Positions 1 through 64,000 of a DNA stretch of 64,000 nucleotides are shown here, one piece after another (the first letter of the stretch is position 1; every line of letters starts with the position of its first letter). The notes under the pieces were generated by a model, which saw nothing but the letters and a program-made list of their open reading frames with translations, did not search any database and was not told the origin of the DNA. This stretch comes from Euglena gracilis. Its lineage: Eukaryota. The DNA lies in NCBI GenBank assembly GCA_039621445.1, contig CP154954.1:19268642-19332641 (forward strand). The letters run 5' to 3'. A program made the position numbers and the translations under genes.

Positions 1-849
1 AAATTAGGAGTTTGATTGCAGGGGAAGACCAAGCTTACCAAGCCTACAACATTCCACGCTTCCCAGGCCAACCAACCCAAAATATGCTCCTCATGTCAAA
101 GAGACAAAAAAATTCACAGAAAAAAACAAAGAAGAATACAAAACACAAAACTTGAAACCATGCAAAGCAAAAATGGACTTTGATTTTCAAATACCATTTC
201 TGAAAGCATTGCACAGCAGAGATGCCCCAGTAAAGGCTTTTTTTTAATCCCCCCCCAAAAGACCCTTGGCCGCGTGTGACCCTCCGACGAGGAGGTAAGC
301 ACAATGGAATTTCCTTGGGAAAAAGTTTTTGGGATGGAATTTTCTCCCAGGGGTATCAAACCCGCCATATTTCTCATCATATTTGGCCATTCCTCAAGAA
401 TTATCGTGCTTTTGCACAAAACAATTTCGGCTCAACCCTAACCCAGGCCCACACCAGCCCAAGGGGGGGGGGTCCTCCAAGTCGGTAGAAAAAAGGTACT
501 AGGTGGAACCCCTCAGAGGGTGGAGCTGAGAAAGAAGTTTCCATCCAAAATTTTATGCATTTCCCCCATTTTTTGACACCTTTCAAAAAAAATCAGCATT
601 TTTTTCGCTTGGCGTCTGGCACCTCGTCCGAAACTTTTTTGACAACTTCCTCGTCCTTTTTAGGATCTGCAAATAACAGAATATACAAAAAAAATAATAT
701 TTTGCACAGAGAATATGAACAAACACACAAGAGAATATGAATAAATATATGAATTCTTAAGAGAATATATAAATTTTTTTCTTGTATTGCAAACCTTGAA
801 AAGCGCAGGCTTCTCAGCTGTAAACTTTGTTGGGTGCTTTGCGACCTGC

Positions 850-17150
<16,301 letters not shown>

Positions 17151-17182
17151 TGGGGCTCGGGATCACTGGCAGCGGCCGTGGC

Positions 17183-17201
17183 CTGCGGGGGGGGGGGGGG
17201 G
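17183..17201 (-). promoter_or_regulatory. Candidate spliced-leader trans-splice acceptor (poly-C tract + CAG) 32 nt upstream of the gene B ATG
   Basis: C15-GCAG on the minus strand; in-frame TGA at 17163-17165 upstream of the ATG. Confidence 0.4.
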
Positions 17202-17534
17202 CGGGGTGGGGGGCGTTCCCCCACCCCTGGGCAACGCTGGGTTGGCTTCAGAACAGAACTGGCCCTCTGAACCTCTTCAGAAGCTCTGGCCCATACCATT
17301 GCTTAGCGACCCCCCCGGGGGGGTCACTTTCCACTCTGAAAATACCAGTCAGTCACTTTACCCCCCGGGGGATCGGTCACTCTTCAGGAGGCAATGAACA
17401 TTTGTCAAAAAGTCTCAAAAAACCGCAAAAATTTTCCCAGGCAAGTCACTTTTCATTTTTTTGGGCCAACCCCACCCCCCGGGAGTTCTTGGCCAGAAAA
17501 CCAGTCAGTCACCCCCAGGCTGAAGTGTTGCAAC

Positions 17535-18010
17535 CAGGGAATTTCTTAAGGACCCTGGGGGGGGGGGGGTCCAGCCTCCGGCTGGCAAAAAGGCTGCTGG
17601 CTGGATTTGAGCTGCTGGCTGGCCCCCCCCGGGGGGGTGGGGGGGGGGGTCCGGGGCTGGAGGGGGCTGGGCTGGGCTGGGTCGGTTAAAAACAAAAATT
17701 TCTAACACATTTTTGCCATTTTCGATATTTTGGTGGATGGAGCTAGATCAAGGCTGGGGGCTGTGATGGAGGAAACTGTGGTGAGGGGAAAAAATGCAGG
17801 GATAGGTGAGCTGGGCAGCCCAGTTGGCTGGCCAGCCTGCGGCCGGCTGGCCCGGCCTCCGGCCGGACTGGACCCGACTTTATTTCAGTCGACCCCCGGG
17901 GGGGGGGGCTCCCAGCCCGAATTTGGGCTGCTGGCTGGATTTGAGCTGCTGGCTGGCTGGACCCCCCCCCCCGGGGGGGTAGGGTACCCTCCGGCTTAAG
18001 AAATTCCCTG
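17535..18010. mobile_element. hAT-like MITE family D (GCTG-rich)
   Basis: TIR CAGGGAATTTCTTAAG / CTTAAGAAATTCCCTG; TSD GTTGCAAC. Confidence 0.9.
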
Positions 18011-19118
18011 GTTGCAACGGCTTGCTGATCAGGGGATTTTTGAAGCCGGAGGGGACCCTATCTCCGCGGGGGGGGGGGGTCCAGCCAGCCAGCAGCTCAA
18101 ATCCAGCCAGCAGCCCAAATTCGGGCTGGGAGCACCCTGGGGGGGGGGGGGGCGGGGGGGAGTGAAATAAAGTCGTAAAGTGGTCAGCCTTTGATGCCAT
18201 TGCAATCGCAAGCGAAGGGTTATGACGATGCATCCAGGTTGGGGGGACAGCTGGAAAAGCCACTTGTGGCCGGACCACCCATCCGGTGGGCATCAACTTT
18301 GAAGTCGCCCGCCTATTTCTATCTGCTTTGTGGCCTTGGTCATAAGACACAGACGAACGGAGCGCCCGACAGGGCACTGCCAGGGTGTTTCAGCCTTCAG
18401 TCTGGTCGGCTTGAAACAAAAATGTACCGATTGTGGCCGCGCCCCTCGGACCACCCATCCAGCAGGCAACGCCAGGGTTGGAACTCGGCGGTCGTTCGCC
18501 GACTTCTTTTTTTTTTCTCGGCTCGGGCGGCTGTAGCCTTTTTTTTGCGCAGATGCCAGGGGTCCTCTCCCTCCTGTCAGCGGAAATGTGGCAGCAGTTC
18601 GGTGGACACCGCGCTGCGGCGGGCCCCTGTCTGCAAGGGGGCCCGGTGTGGACGTCCCTACGGGCCGCACAATGTCGTGCTACGCAGCGTCGTCTCGGAC
18701 GATCCCTTGGGACACTTTCACGTTTCAGGGTGGTTGGTGGTACACCACTGGTTGACCGCCCTTCTGCACTGTGTGTATGCGGCCCGACACCCCAAAGGAG
18801 GGGAGTCCAGCCTCCATCCTTGGCAGAAATACACAATTCCACGCCTGAGGTCGTCCAATGCGGTGTTGTTTCGGTCGGTTTTGCAAAAAAAAAGATCGAT
18901 TTAGAATCAATGTGCTTACATGAGACTGCTAGAACGAGGACCAGGCAGCTGAAGGCGTCATGGCTGCAGGTTTTCATCATCCGCGTTCAAGCATGGCACC
19001 TTCTAATCGGTGATGCACTGAACACGACGGACAGAGGGAACCCAGGGCAGGTCCTTGCTGGAACGTTGGCACCCCCCTCCCCGTCGAAATAGGAAAGAAC
19101 CGGTGAGCTGAACAGGGC

Positions 19119-20420
19119 AGACCTCTGTTTAATGTGTATCAACGATACACACCGATACACAAAAAAAAATTGCCGATACACACCAATACACAAAATATTT
19201 TTTTTGCCGATACACACCGATACACAAATTTTGGGGGAGCACTCGGCTGGCCGACGGTTGGCCAACGGCGTGACGGAAGCCGGGTCCTGTCGTTGAGCTT
19301 TTTTTGGGTAGCAAATGCCTAATTTAGTGTGCCCGTTCCAAATTTTGGATGGCAAATTCCTAATTTAGTCGGAGAAGCATTTTCATGTGCGTTGCTGTGA
19401 GATGATTTTCGAAAATGTGGACATTTCACAAACGCCTGAGGACTCATTTGGGGATTTTCCCCTGATCTAAATGCCGTAAGTGAAATGGCGGGACCTCGAA
19501 ATTAAGGAAATACCACCCTTGGTTCAGCTCCAGGGGGGGGGGGTTAGCCTTGGACCCCCCGGGGGGTAGGGTGGGTGGCCCCCGGGGGGGGGTCCCCCCA
19601 GGGGTGGGATATATTTTTCGGTGCCGAAGGCACTGAAAAAGGTGCTATTTTTGGCGTTTTCACGATTTTTTCCATTTTCGGGGGAACGCGAGTGGGTCCC
19701 CTGGGACCCACCCCCCCCCCCCGGTCCCCCCCAGGGGATGGGTGGGTGGGTGGGGAGGACCCCCTTCCCCCCGGTCTTAAAAAAGCCCCTGTTCCAGACC
19801 TCTGTTTAGTGTGTATCGGCCAAAAAAAATTGTGTATTGTATGTATCGGAAAAAAAATTTGTGTATCGGTGTGTATCGGCAAAAAAAAGATTGTGTATCG
19901 GTGTGCATCGGCAAAAAAAAAATTGTGTATCGGTGTGTATCGGCAAAAAAATTTGTGTATTGCTGTGTATCGGCAATTTTTTTTGAATTTGGAAATCGGA
20001 ACATTGGCCAATCAAAATAAGGAATTTGTGCTCTCAAACTTTGGAAAAGGCACACCAAATTAGCATTTGCCACCCAAAATTGGGCACTTGCTTCCCAATT
20101 TTTGGAGTTTGCACCTCAAATTAGGCATTTGCCCCCGAAAATTAGGAGTTGGCACCCAAAAATTAGACATTTTACCCCAAAATAGGCATTTGCCACCTAA
20201 AACTTAAAATTTGCCCAAAATTAGGCATTTCCCTTCCCAAAAATCAGATTTGACACCGAAGATCGGCATCCCCCCAAAAATTAGTTATTTGCACCCCAAA
20301 TTAGGCATTCTTCACTCAAAATTAGGAATTGGCCCACCAAATTAAGCATTTGCCCCTCAAAATTAGGAACCTTTTCACTAATTAGGAATTTTCTGCTCAA
20401 AATTAGGCATTGGCACAGGT
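19119..20420. mobile_element. Nested or degenerate MITE cluster (CAGACCTCTGTTTA ends, GTGTATCGG and AATTAGGCATT arrays, inverted family-B copy at about 19531-19791)
   Basis: Repeated termini at 19119 and 19795; tandem subterminal motifs. Confidence 0.6.
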
Positions 20421-22070
20421 ATTTTTTTAATTTTCTTTAAAAAAAACATCGGTAAGAACCCGGTGGGTGCTTAAACAAAGTTTGGGGCTTGGGCAAGAGT
20501 CGGGGGGGGGATAGGAGGGCGCGTCAGGCATCCATCCCCCCAGCCAAAGGTTTCTTGCGCGCATATGGAGATGCAACAACACATCCAAACATGGTCGGAC
20601 GATAATGGTGCACAGCAGTGGAAGCAGGCCACTGCACAGCCTGCATACAGTTCAGACGGTCACGCGGGTGGATTACCACCGTGCTAGCCCCTCGGAGGGG
20701 GCAAAGCTCAAAGAACACTGGGGAGGGCTGGACAGCACAAATTTGGGTCTTATGGTATTGACATGTTGAAAAGGTGTACCTACCCCCCCCCCTGGAAACT
20801 GGTCCCTATAAAGACAGGTCGGTGGGAACCTGAGGTTTAGGACAGTTTCCCGGGCGGATCCGGGTCCGAGGAAAAACAATCCGCATTTTTGGCCCCTTTT
20901 GACAAAAAAAAAGATCTGAAAGTATTTTTTTTCACACTATGTCACCAGAAACCTGGAAAATGTTCGGAATTATTTTCCACACGGGAAGTTGAGTCTGAAA
21001 AAACAAAAAGCTCGAAAAATTTAAAAAATAATCTCTTAGGAGATAGGTCAGCAGGAACAAGGGAAAGAGACAAGTCCCTATGAGGACAGGTTAGCGGGTA
21101 CGGGGGAGGACAATTTCCGGCTGGGGGGGGGGGGAGGTAGCAGTGCTCTGATTGAAAAATCAAACAATGCTTTAAACATACACTTGCACATGTTTGTTCA
21201 TTCCTTTTTTGCCGGCGCAATTTGGATTTTCGGGGTTTCTCTTTTGATTGTCCGCCGGAAAGGGGGTTTCAAGTTGGAGCCTTCTACGCAAAAATTTGGT
21301 GATAAACATATACTCCAAAAGTTTAGTTGTGAAGCACGTGAAGGTGATAAACACAACTGAATGTCTGTTTGGAGGACTCTTTTGCTTCCGAGATAATTCC
21401 AGACCAGAGAATTCCAGCACAGCCCAGCGCAAGAACCCACCTGTGCAGCTCAACCGCTGTTAGCCTGAACGTTCCCTGCCAACTTGCACTCCCCCACCCC
21501 AAGCTGGGCCGTCCCACAGGAAGGAGCCACCAGGCGGGTCCTCCGGAAGGAGTAGTGTGGATCTCTGCAGCATCCTGCGGCTCGGCATTCCCGAGGCAGA
21601 AGGCTGCCTTGGCTGCCTCTTTGGGATGAGGAGTCACGACCACCTTCGGAGGCTTGGCAACACGTCCAGTTGGGTGGTGCGGCTGGGCTGGGCCAAAATT
21701 GGGGCTGGCTGCAACAGTCCCCACCCTGGGGGGGGGGTATCTGCAAACCTTAAAGAGGTGTATGATGGCGGGTACCAAGGAGGCAACAGCAGAAAATTGC
21801 AACCTTGCAGCTGACAATGACTGCAAACATGGACATTTTGCCTCCCCCCCCCTCCGCGCTGAAGAAAATCCTCATCCCTGTTAGAACGCAAATATTTGTT
21901 AAACTTACACAACGGTTTTTTCGTCAAAAAAAAGCGCACTGATGATAGTGGGATTCAAAAAAAGCAGGTAATAACCTTGGGTACAATTTGAGCACATTTC
22001 CACATGGAATGAATAATGCCAGGTAAAGAGACTTTGACCAGCAGTCCACAGCGGCAATGGCTATTAATTA

Positions 22071-22490
22071 CCCTCCCCCCCCTATGTCCAACGACCGGTA
22101 ACCTCTGTCCTCCGACCGGGGGGGGGGGGTGGTCGTTGGACATAGGGTAGTGACCAAAAAGGTGTCCTCTGACCGGGGGGGTGGTCGTTGGACAAGGGGT
22201 CAAAAAAATGTTGGCGGGTAATCGGGACCCCACCCCCCAAATAAGGTCAAATTTTCCCTTCCAGCGCTTTGCGCCGAAAATTTTGGGCAATTTTGACAAA
22301 TTTTTGTCCAAAAAGGGCCAAAAATGGCATTTTGGCCAATTTATGACCGATTTGGGGCACAAAAATTTTCGGCCTGGCGCTTCGCGCCAGGATCAAAATT
22401 TTTGCCAAACCTCCAAAAAGGTGTCCTTTGACCGGGGGGGGGGTGGTCGTTGGACATAGGGGGGTCGTTGGACATAGAGGGGGGGGGGGA
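22071..22490. mobile_element. MITE of the ATGTCCAACGACC family (inverted relative to the 37529 copy)
   Basis: Homologous to 37529-37881. Confidence 0.75.
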
Positions 22491-22967
22491 CTTTGGGGTA
22501 GGGTCTAACAAGTTCTTCAAGGGAAAGCCAGGTTTCCCAATTGGATGTGTCTGGTGAAATTCTGAAAACACACCTAAATTTGAGGTGTCGGTTTTTTGGT
22601 GGAATTCTGGATCTTTCTTTCGGTCCAAAAGATCAACGTTTCCCCAGGGTGAGGTGAATCTAGCTTCAACGGATTTGTTTAGTCCACAGAAGCAGCATGA
22701 ACGGAACACAGATGGGGACAGGGACAAGGCATCGGATGGGGTGGGGGCTGAACGATTGCAGTGCGATCGGACGATGGGGGGGAGTACAGTGCAAACGAAG
22801 CGACGATGGAATGGGCGGCCTGGCAGGGAAGCAGGGAAAGGACAAACTATCCCCTCGGCTGCCCCGCCCATGACCCCACGCCTCCATTATGGGTGGGTCC
22901 GGTTGGCCACGGTTTACCCATTAGCGGCGTCCACTTCAGTTCTGTCCACTCCAGTACTGCATCCACT

Positions 22968-23184
<217 letters not shown>

Positions 23185-23186
23185 GA

Positions 23187-23690
23187 TACTTTACTTGGCC
23201 CCCCCGGGGGGGTCCAAGTAAAGACTCCGGGGGGGGGGGCGGGCAGTATACCCCGGGTCCGGCCGGCGGGGGAATTCGGGGTTATTTTTGGGAATAGGGT
23301 CAGGTGCGCGACCGGACCCCCGGCGGCCCCCTTTGGGAATTTAGGGGGCGGTTCGGCCGCATTCCAGACGGTTTCCGACCGAATGGGGGTGGATTTTCGG
23401 TAAAATCACCCCGAACGGGCGACCCAAAATCTTCCGAAAACGGCGACCCAACCTCCGGCCGAACTTCGTCCCGAAAAGGTGCCAATCTTCGGCAGCCGAT
23501 CCGAACCCTAACCCTATTCCTCAAATTAAGGGTTAAATCTCCCCGGATCCGACCGATTCGGTTCGGATCCGCACCCTTCCGGGGCCCCGCCGGGCCGAAA
23601 CGGGGGCAAGGTCGGACCCGGGGTATACTACCCGGACCCCCCCCCCTGGAGTCTTTACTTGGACGACCCCCCGGGGGGCCAAGTAAAGTG
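23187..23690. mobile_element. Foldback MITE within (TA)n tracts; partial second copy at about 23810-24095
   Basis: Long TIR ACTTTACTTGGCCCCCC..CCAAGTAAAGACTCC. Confidence 0.8.
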
Positions 23691-23771
23691 TAGCTGCCAT
23701 ATGTGTATATATATATATATACATATATACATATACACATATACATATATATATCCAATATACACACACAT

Positions 23772-23807
<36 letters not shown>

Positions 23808-26559
23808 TACTTAGGTCGCTGTTTGGGGAAGATTTTGGGTCGCATTTCCGTCGTGATTTATTCGAAAGTCGACCCAAATTCCGCCGGACCCGGTCTGAAA
23901 TGCGGCCTAACGTCTCCCAAAATTCCCAAAAGGGGGAGCCCTCTGGGAATCTGGCGGGAACCCTAACCCTATCCCAAAGAATAACCCCGACTTTCCCACA
24001 AAGGTCGGACAAGGATAAGGATGCTTCCCGGACCCCCCCCCCCCCGGAGGTTCTACTTGGCCCCCCCGGGGGGGGGGGGGGGCAAGTAAAATCTTGCAGC
24101 CATACATATATACACACATATTGTATATATACATAGCTACACATACATATATGTATATGTTTCTGGCCGAATGAATACATGTTCGTATGTACGTACGTAC
24201 GTATGTCTGTCTGTCTGTCTATCTGTCTGTCTGTCTGTCTGTCTGTCTGTATGCATGCATACATGTATATATGTATGTATTGACCAGCCACACACTCTTG
24301 GGTCTCCCAGGTGCAGTGGTTTAGAGTGGGTCCCGAAAGTATAACACACACATATAGTGCATTACATGTGTATATGCAATACATATTTATATTTCTTCGG
24401 TTGAAAAAATATTTTTGGGGTTCGTAACCTTCTGGGGAGGCTGGCAATTTGACAGCGATAACATGTACTGTGTAGAATTGCTGCCCATTGCAGACTCTCT
24501 GGCCTCCCATTTCAGGAGCAGAACTAGAGCAAAAAACGGAAGCAGTGCGTAACAGGTGGATGAAGGTAAAAGGAAACAGTGGTACAACAGGGGCACGTGT
24601 TGCATTGTTGGTGCAAACAGTGCATTGGATTCATTTTCGCACAGGGATGCTGAACAAGGATGGGAGTTTTCAACCAGAAACAAAAAAGGAAGAAGTCACT
24701 GCAGCCAAACGACCATGGGGAACCTTCATTGAGGAAAGCCATCGTACTGCATAATGCGGAAAAGGAATTTTCAACGTAAACGAAAACGAGTGGATATATT
24801 CGATGACACTTTTAACACAAGGATAACCTTATTGCAGAAGGAAAGGTCTGGATGTATGGATGTCTGGATTGGAGGAGGGAGGGAGGGTAATGTTGCAGTC
24901 TATTATTTGTGGGACCTGGGATTAGGGCTACAATTTCGAACCAACTTTCGGTCCATTTTTATCAAAACCGAAATTAGGCAAGACTCAGACCGAATTTGTC
25001 AATTCAGGCCGAAAGCAATATATTTGTTGTGAAATTTATCAAAAAGAGGCTAATTGGCCTTAACCCCAGGGTAAGAGGATTGTATAGAAAGAAAAGATGT
25101 AAATAAATGTTACACAAGAAAAGAAGATGGCACCCCTAAAATATCCCGGGGTACTAATGTTTTAGTGAGGGATCTAATTCTCTAACTTCGACCTGATTGT
25201 TCATTTGGCTTAACCATAACCAGCGCTATTCCTGAGAACAACAGATATCCCCAAAGTTGTCTGTCCAACCCACCTTTTTCTTTGAGTTTACACAAATATT
25301 CAGCCAAATTAAGACCAAAATTGGGCCAAATTTCAGGCTAAATTTAGGTCTAACTTTAAACACAAATGAGCTAAATTCTGAACCTGTGTGTAGGGTTAAC
25401 CCTAATCCTATTCCAAGAACATCGAACACCACTCCTCAACATTTGTTGGATCATGTCTGGAGGGGAGCACAAAAACAAAGGCAATTTCGGGTTCGGACCA
25501 GGCTTGTGAAGCGCAAGGGGGTCAGAACGACGTGTAAACTACGCTTGCATCGGAAATTTTTTTTCGGGGATCATTGTTCCAATTGAAGGCATTACAATGA
25601 AAAAAATTGGCAATGTCACCAAGTCAACCTGTTGAAGTTCAATAACATCGAATTTGAAGGTTTTTAATGGAAATGAACCAAAAAGTGTTTCCAGGATGGG
25701 CAAGAATTATGGGGTGGTTGTTATCAAGGGTGTTGGAGCTTTGGGAAATAACAGGGACTAGGAAGGGTATACCTTGAACCAGAATCCAGCATTTGGGTCA
25801 TTTTGTATTGCCCCTACAGAAGCCCCAACAAACCACTTCTTGATAACGGTAAATCAGGGTTGAAAAAAAATTGGTTTTTCGCGTTGCGCTTTAGGGATGA
25901 CATTGAGCACAAATGGGCAGTTCAGGAAGTCCAAATTATCTTTCAGCTGCCTTTCACAGCTCTGTGCGGTGGGTAAATGTAGCCAATGGCTTTCAAATGA
26001 CACTGGACCGAATCAGATGGATCAAGGAATAGAGAGGGGACTGGAAAAAAATCGAGCGGCCTTTTCTCCCAGGCCCCATCTCCTGGTCTGGGTTGCGGAA
26101 AAGGCTGGCACAGACCACAGACACGGAGCTTATACTATAGTGTTGGCCTGGTTGGTTGCATACCATTCCTCCAGCAAGGTTCACTTTTTTACTTTTTGAA
26201 AACCAACCAGCACCTCCGACCCGGAAGATTTGCTACGTTTAAACACAAAACGGCTGAACTTTATGAATCATAAGCATTCTTTCAAAACAAAGAACTTCTG
26301 GAGCCTTCATTCAAGGTGGAATTGCTTTAGCAGCACCTCACTCTTACCTTCCCTCCCTATCCCAGCATTCTCTAGGCACCACCCCATTGGTCCATGCCCA
26401 TCCTTTCAAATGTCATCATTGAAGCACTGGTGCCAGTTACTTCTGAACGTTGACACGTCAAGTCAAATGGCAACAAGGAAAATGATTGCAAACGACAAGA
26501 CATTATCCTGATGGGGGAAATGCCGGGCATAGGTTGACAAGGACACCAATTCATGAACA

Positions 26560-61630
<35,071 letters not shown>

Positions 61631-61685
61631 AACAGTTGTGCGGGAGTCACTGCAGACGTCACCAGGAAGCAGTGAGGGGCCCGTA

Positions 61686-61781
61686 CAGGGGTTCTTTTAA
61701 GACCGGGGGGAGGGGGGGGTCCCCCCCACCCACCCACCCCCTGGGGGGCCCCAGGGGGGGGGGGAGTCCCGGGGGGACCCA

Positions 61782-61827
<46 letters not shown>

Positions 61828-62007
61828 AAAAAAAAAAAAAAACGCAAAAATGCTAAAAATAGCGCTTTTCAAAAAATTTCGGCCGAAAAGTATATCCCAC
61901 CCCCTCCGGGGGGACCCCCCGGCCCCCAGGGGGGGGGGGGGGCTCGGCCGGACCCACCCACCCTACTCCCCCCTCCCCCGGGGTCCACGACTAAAAAAAA
62001 ATCCCTG
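61686..62007. mobile_element. hAT-like MITE family B variant
   Basis: CAGGGG...TCCCTG ends; TSD GGCCCGTA. Confidence 0.85.
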
Positions 62008-64000
62008 GGCCCGTACCCCCCCCCGGGAAACTGTCAGGTGACAGGTCAGCCGGTGCCGGGGACCCTGACAACTTCCTATTATGACAGGTTGGCCAGTAAT
62101 GGGACCCTGACAGTTTCCCAGGGGAGGGGGGGCGGCTTAACGTTGCGTGGTCTGGAGCTCTCAGAACCGCCCAGGGAAGTTCAAATGACTGTTAAGACAC
62201 CCCACACCGGCTAGACCAGGTGTCACCACAGCATACAGGCACAAACGCCTGGCATATGTGTTTCCTCATAACATCCCATGTTGTATCAACCTTGGATGTC
62301 TCTGGAACAATTTTAGGAAGAGAGCGAGCCTTACAAAATACCATGCAGTGTGCCTTTTAAAAAAAAAATGTCGGTCCTAATTGTGTTTGCACAAAATGGT
62401 CTGTCGGGAAAATCATGAAAATCGACACGGAGAGAGCAGTTCAAAACCCTGGACCTGGACCGAAACGCTGAGAAATTTTTTTGAAAACTTGAATACAGGA
62501 AGAACAAAAAGCTGAAATGAAAGATCGAGCAATAAAAAAGCAAATCTCTTAGACGGCCGGGAATGCACCTTTCTTGTTCAGTCACAAAATTCTGGAAGTT
62601 TTAGTGAAAATGCGCATCCGCGCATTCCGGAAGCGAAGTGCGCAGGTGCGCATTCCGGACGGTTCCGTTCCTCTTCCAGACTGGGTGAAAACACCACAAA
62701 AATGAGTTGTTTGGATTTAACACGACCACAGGGACCGCCCCTGTGTATACTGCTTCAACTGTGTATCATGCCTGCAGCTGTTGCACGACGACTGTGGCAC
62801 AGTGCGTGGCTGGACACACATTCGGCACACTTTACACGACATACGGAACACAGGCGACGCAGGCCAACCTGGACCATAGTGTGCCACCTTGTGTTTACCG
62901 ATGTGTCCTGATGGCTTCTGGGGGGGCAGGGCCTGGTGAACCCGGGACGAGTATGGGAAGGAACTCCTGGCAGCCATAGAGAGACAGCCCTTCCAAGGTC
63001 AAAACAACATGTGTCACTGAGCACCTGCGCATTTTTTGGAAACCCAAAAGAATGCGCAGGTGCGCATTTTTTTTTGAATGGACGCAGGCTGTGGGAAGGG
63101 GGAATGCGCGCACGCGCATTGATGTTGAAGGACGCAATGGGGATTGCCTTGAATCCGAGTTGTGCACCGCTATGATGTGGTTTCAGGCTTGCAGAACATG
63201 GGTGCGTGAGGGGGAGATGAACCAAACAAATCACCCTTGGCAACAAAGTCACTGTACCAGGCCACGCCCTGAAACACGACACCTGCAGCGGCGTGGAAAA
63301 CCCTGGGCTCGGCGACAGCGTCTCAAAGCAACAATTCATGTCCTTTAAGGACAAGGGAGCTGCCCCCCTGCAGCTCAAGTCATTGAACAAATCAGAATGC
63401 GCACCTGTCTACGCAGTCCACTGCCCAGCCCAGCCTGCGCTGCTCTTATGAACGTGTGGAGCATGTAACAAAACACTTGCAACCGTCCCCCACCCGTCGG
63501 AGGTGAAGGGCCGGTTGCTGCCAGTGTTGTCCAACCCCACGCCCCAGAGCATGCATGGCAGCACACAGCCAATGGTCACCCTGAACAACCTTACGTTGGG
63601 CTGCAGTGCACGGTGCAAGGAGGGGCAACGCAGAGGATTGCGTCTGGTTCCACATACACGGTGCTCACGGGGTTGGCACCTCGAGAGCAAAAGACACCCA
63701 TCTCCACCTTCAACCTCATTCCCCAAAAACGGTCTGTAAACACAGAACTATTTCACAATCCATGCACTGCACTTTTTTGCGCACATGCACAAAAAAGCGT
63801 CCTGTGGCTTTCTTTAAATTACAACCACGCTGCTGAATTTTTTGCGCTCCCAGGTGGGCCTGCCACCAACCACGCCACCTCCCCCTGCCTAGACTGGGTT
63901 TGAAACCACACGGCTGAAGTGTATACCTCCCTGTGAGGATCGAATGGTGTCCGAGAACGAGCCCTGGAGCGAAACTCGGCAGAGGAGGACCACCACCTGT

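Overview
Eukaryotic nuclear DNA, most likely from a euglenid. The evidence is short GC-rich exons separated by non-GT-AG introns whose positions +4..+6 pair with -8..-6 and extend into a stem, with introns packed with poly-G/poly-C foldback MITEs and microsatellites. The ORF track is mostly noise; the real coding sequence is about 50 small minus-strand exons that I spliced by hand. They form two paralogous modular units, gene A (about 61630->26560) and gene B (17150->beyond base 1); a single giant gene is not excluded. The units encode divergent SPRY-like domains, ZZ/C1-like zinc fingers, Mind-bomb-SH3-like repeats and MIB/HERC2 domains. Gene A also carries a complete R-S-ExE (cholera-toxin-like) ADP-ribosyltransferase domain. 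Main highlight: a hAT-like MITE (CAG...CTG ends, perfect 8-bp TSD) sits inside a coding exon at 60488-60806. Removing it with 3 nt + 5 nt of the TSD restores the frame and reproduces exactly the euglenid nonconventional-intron geometry, so this looks like intron birth caught in the act. A 23-nt micro-intron and decayed TSDs at older introns are also present. Exon ends marked ~ are approximate, and domain names come from recognising motifs by eye, not from database searches.
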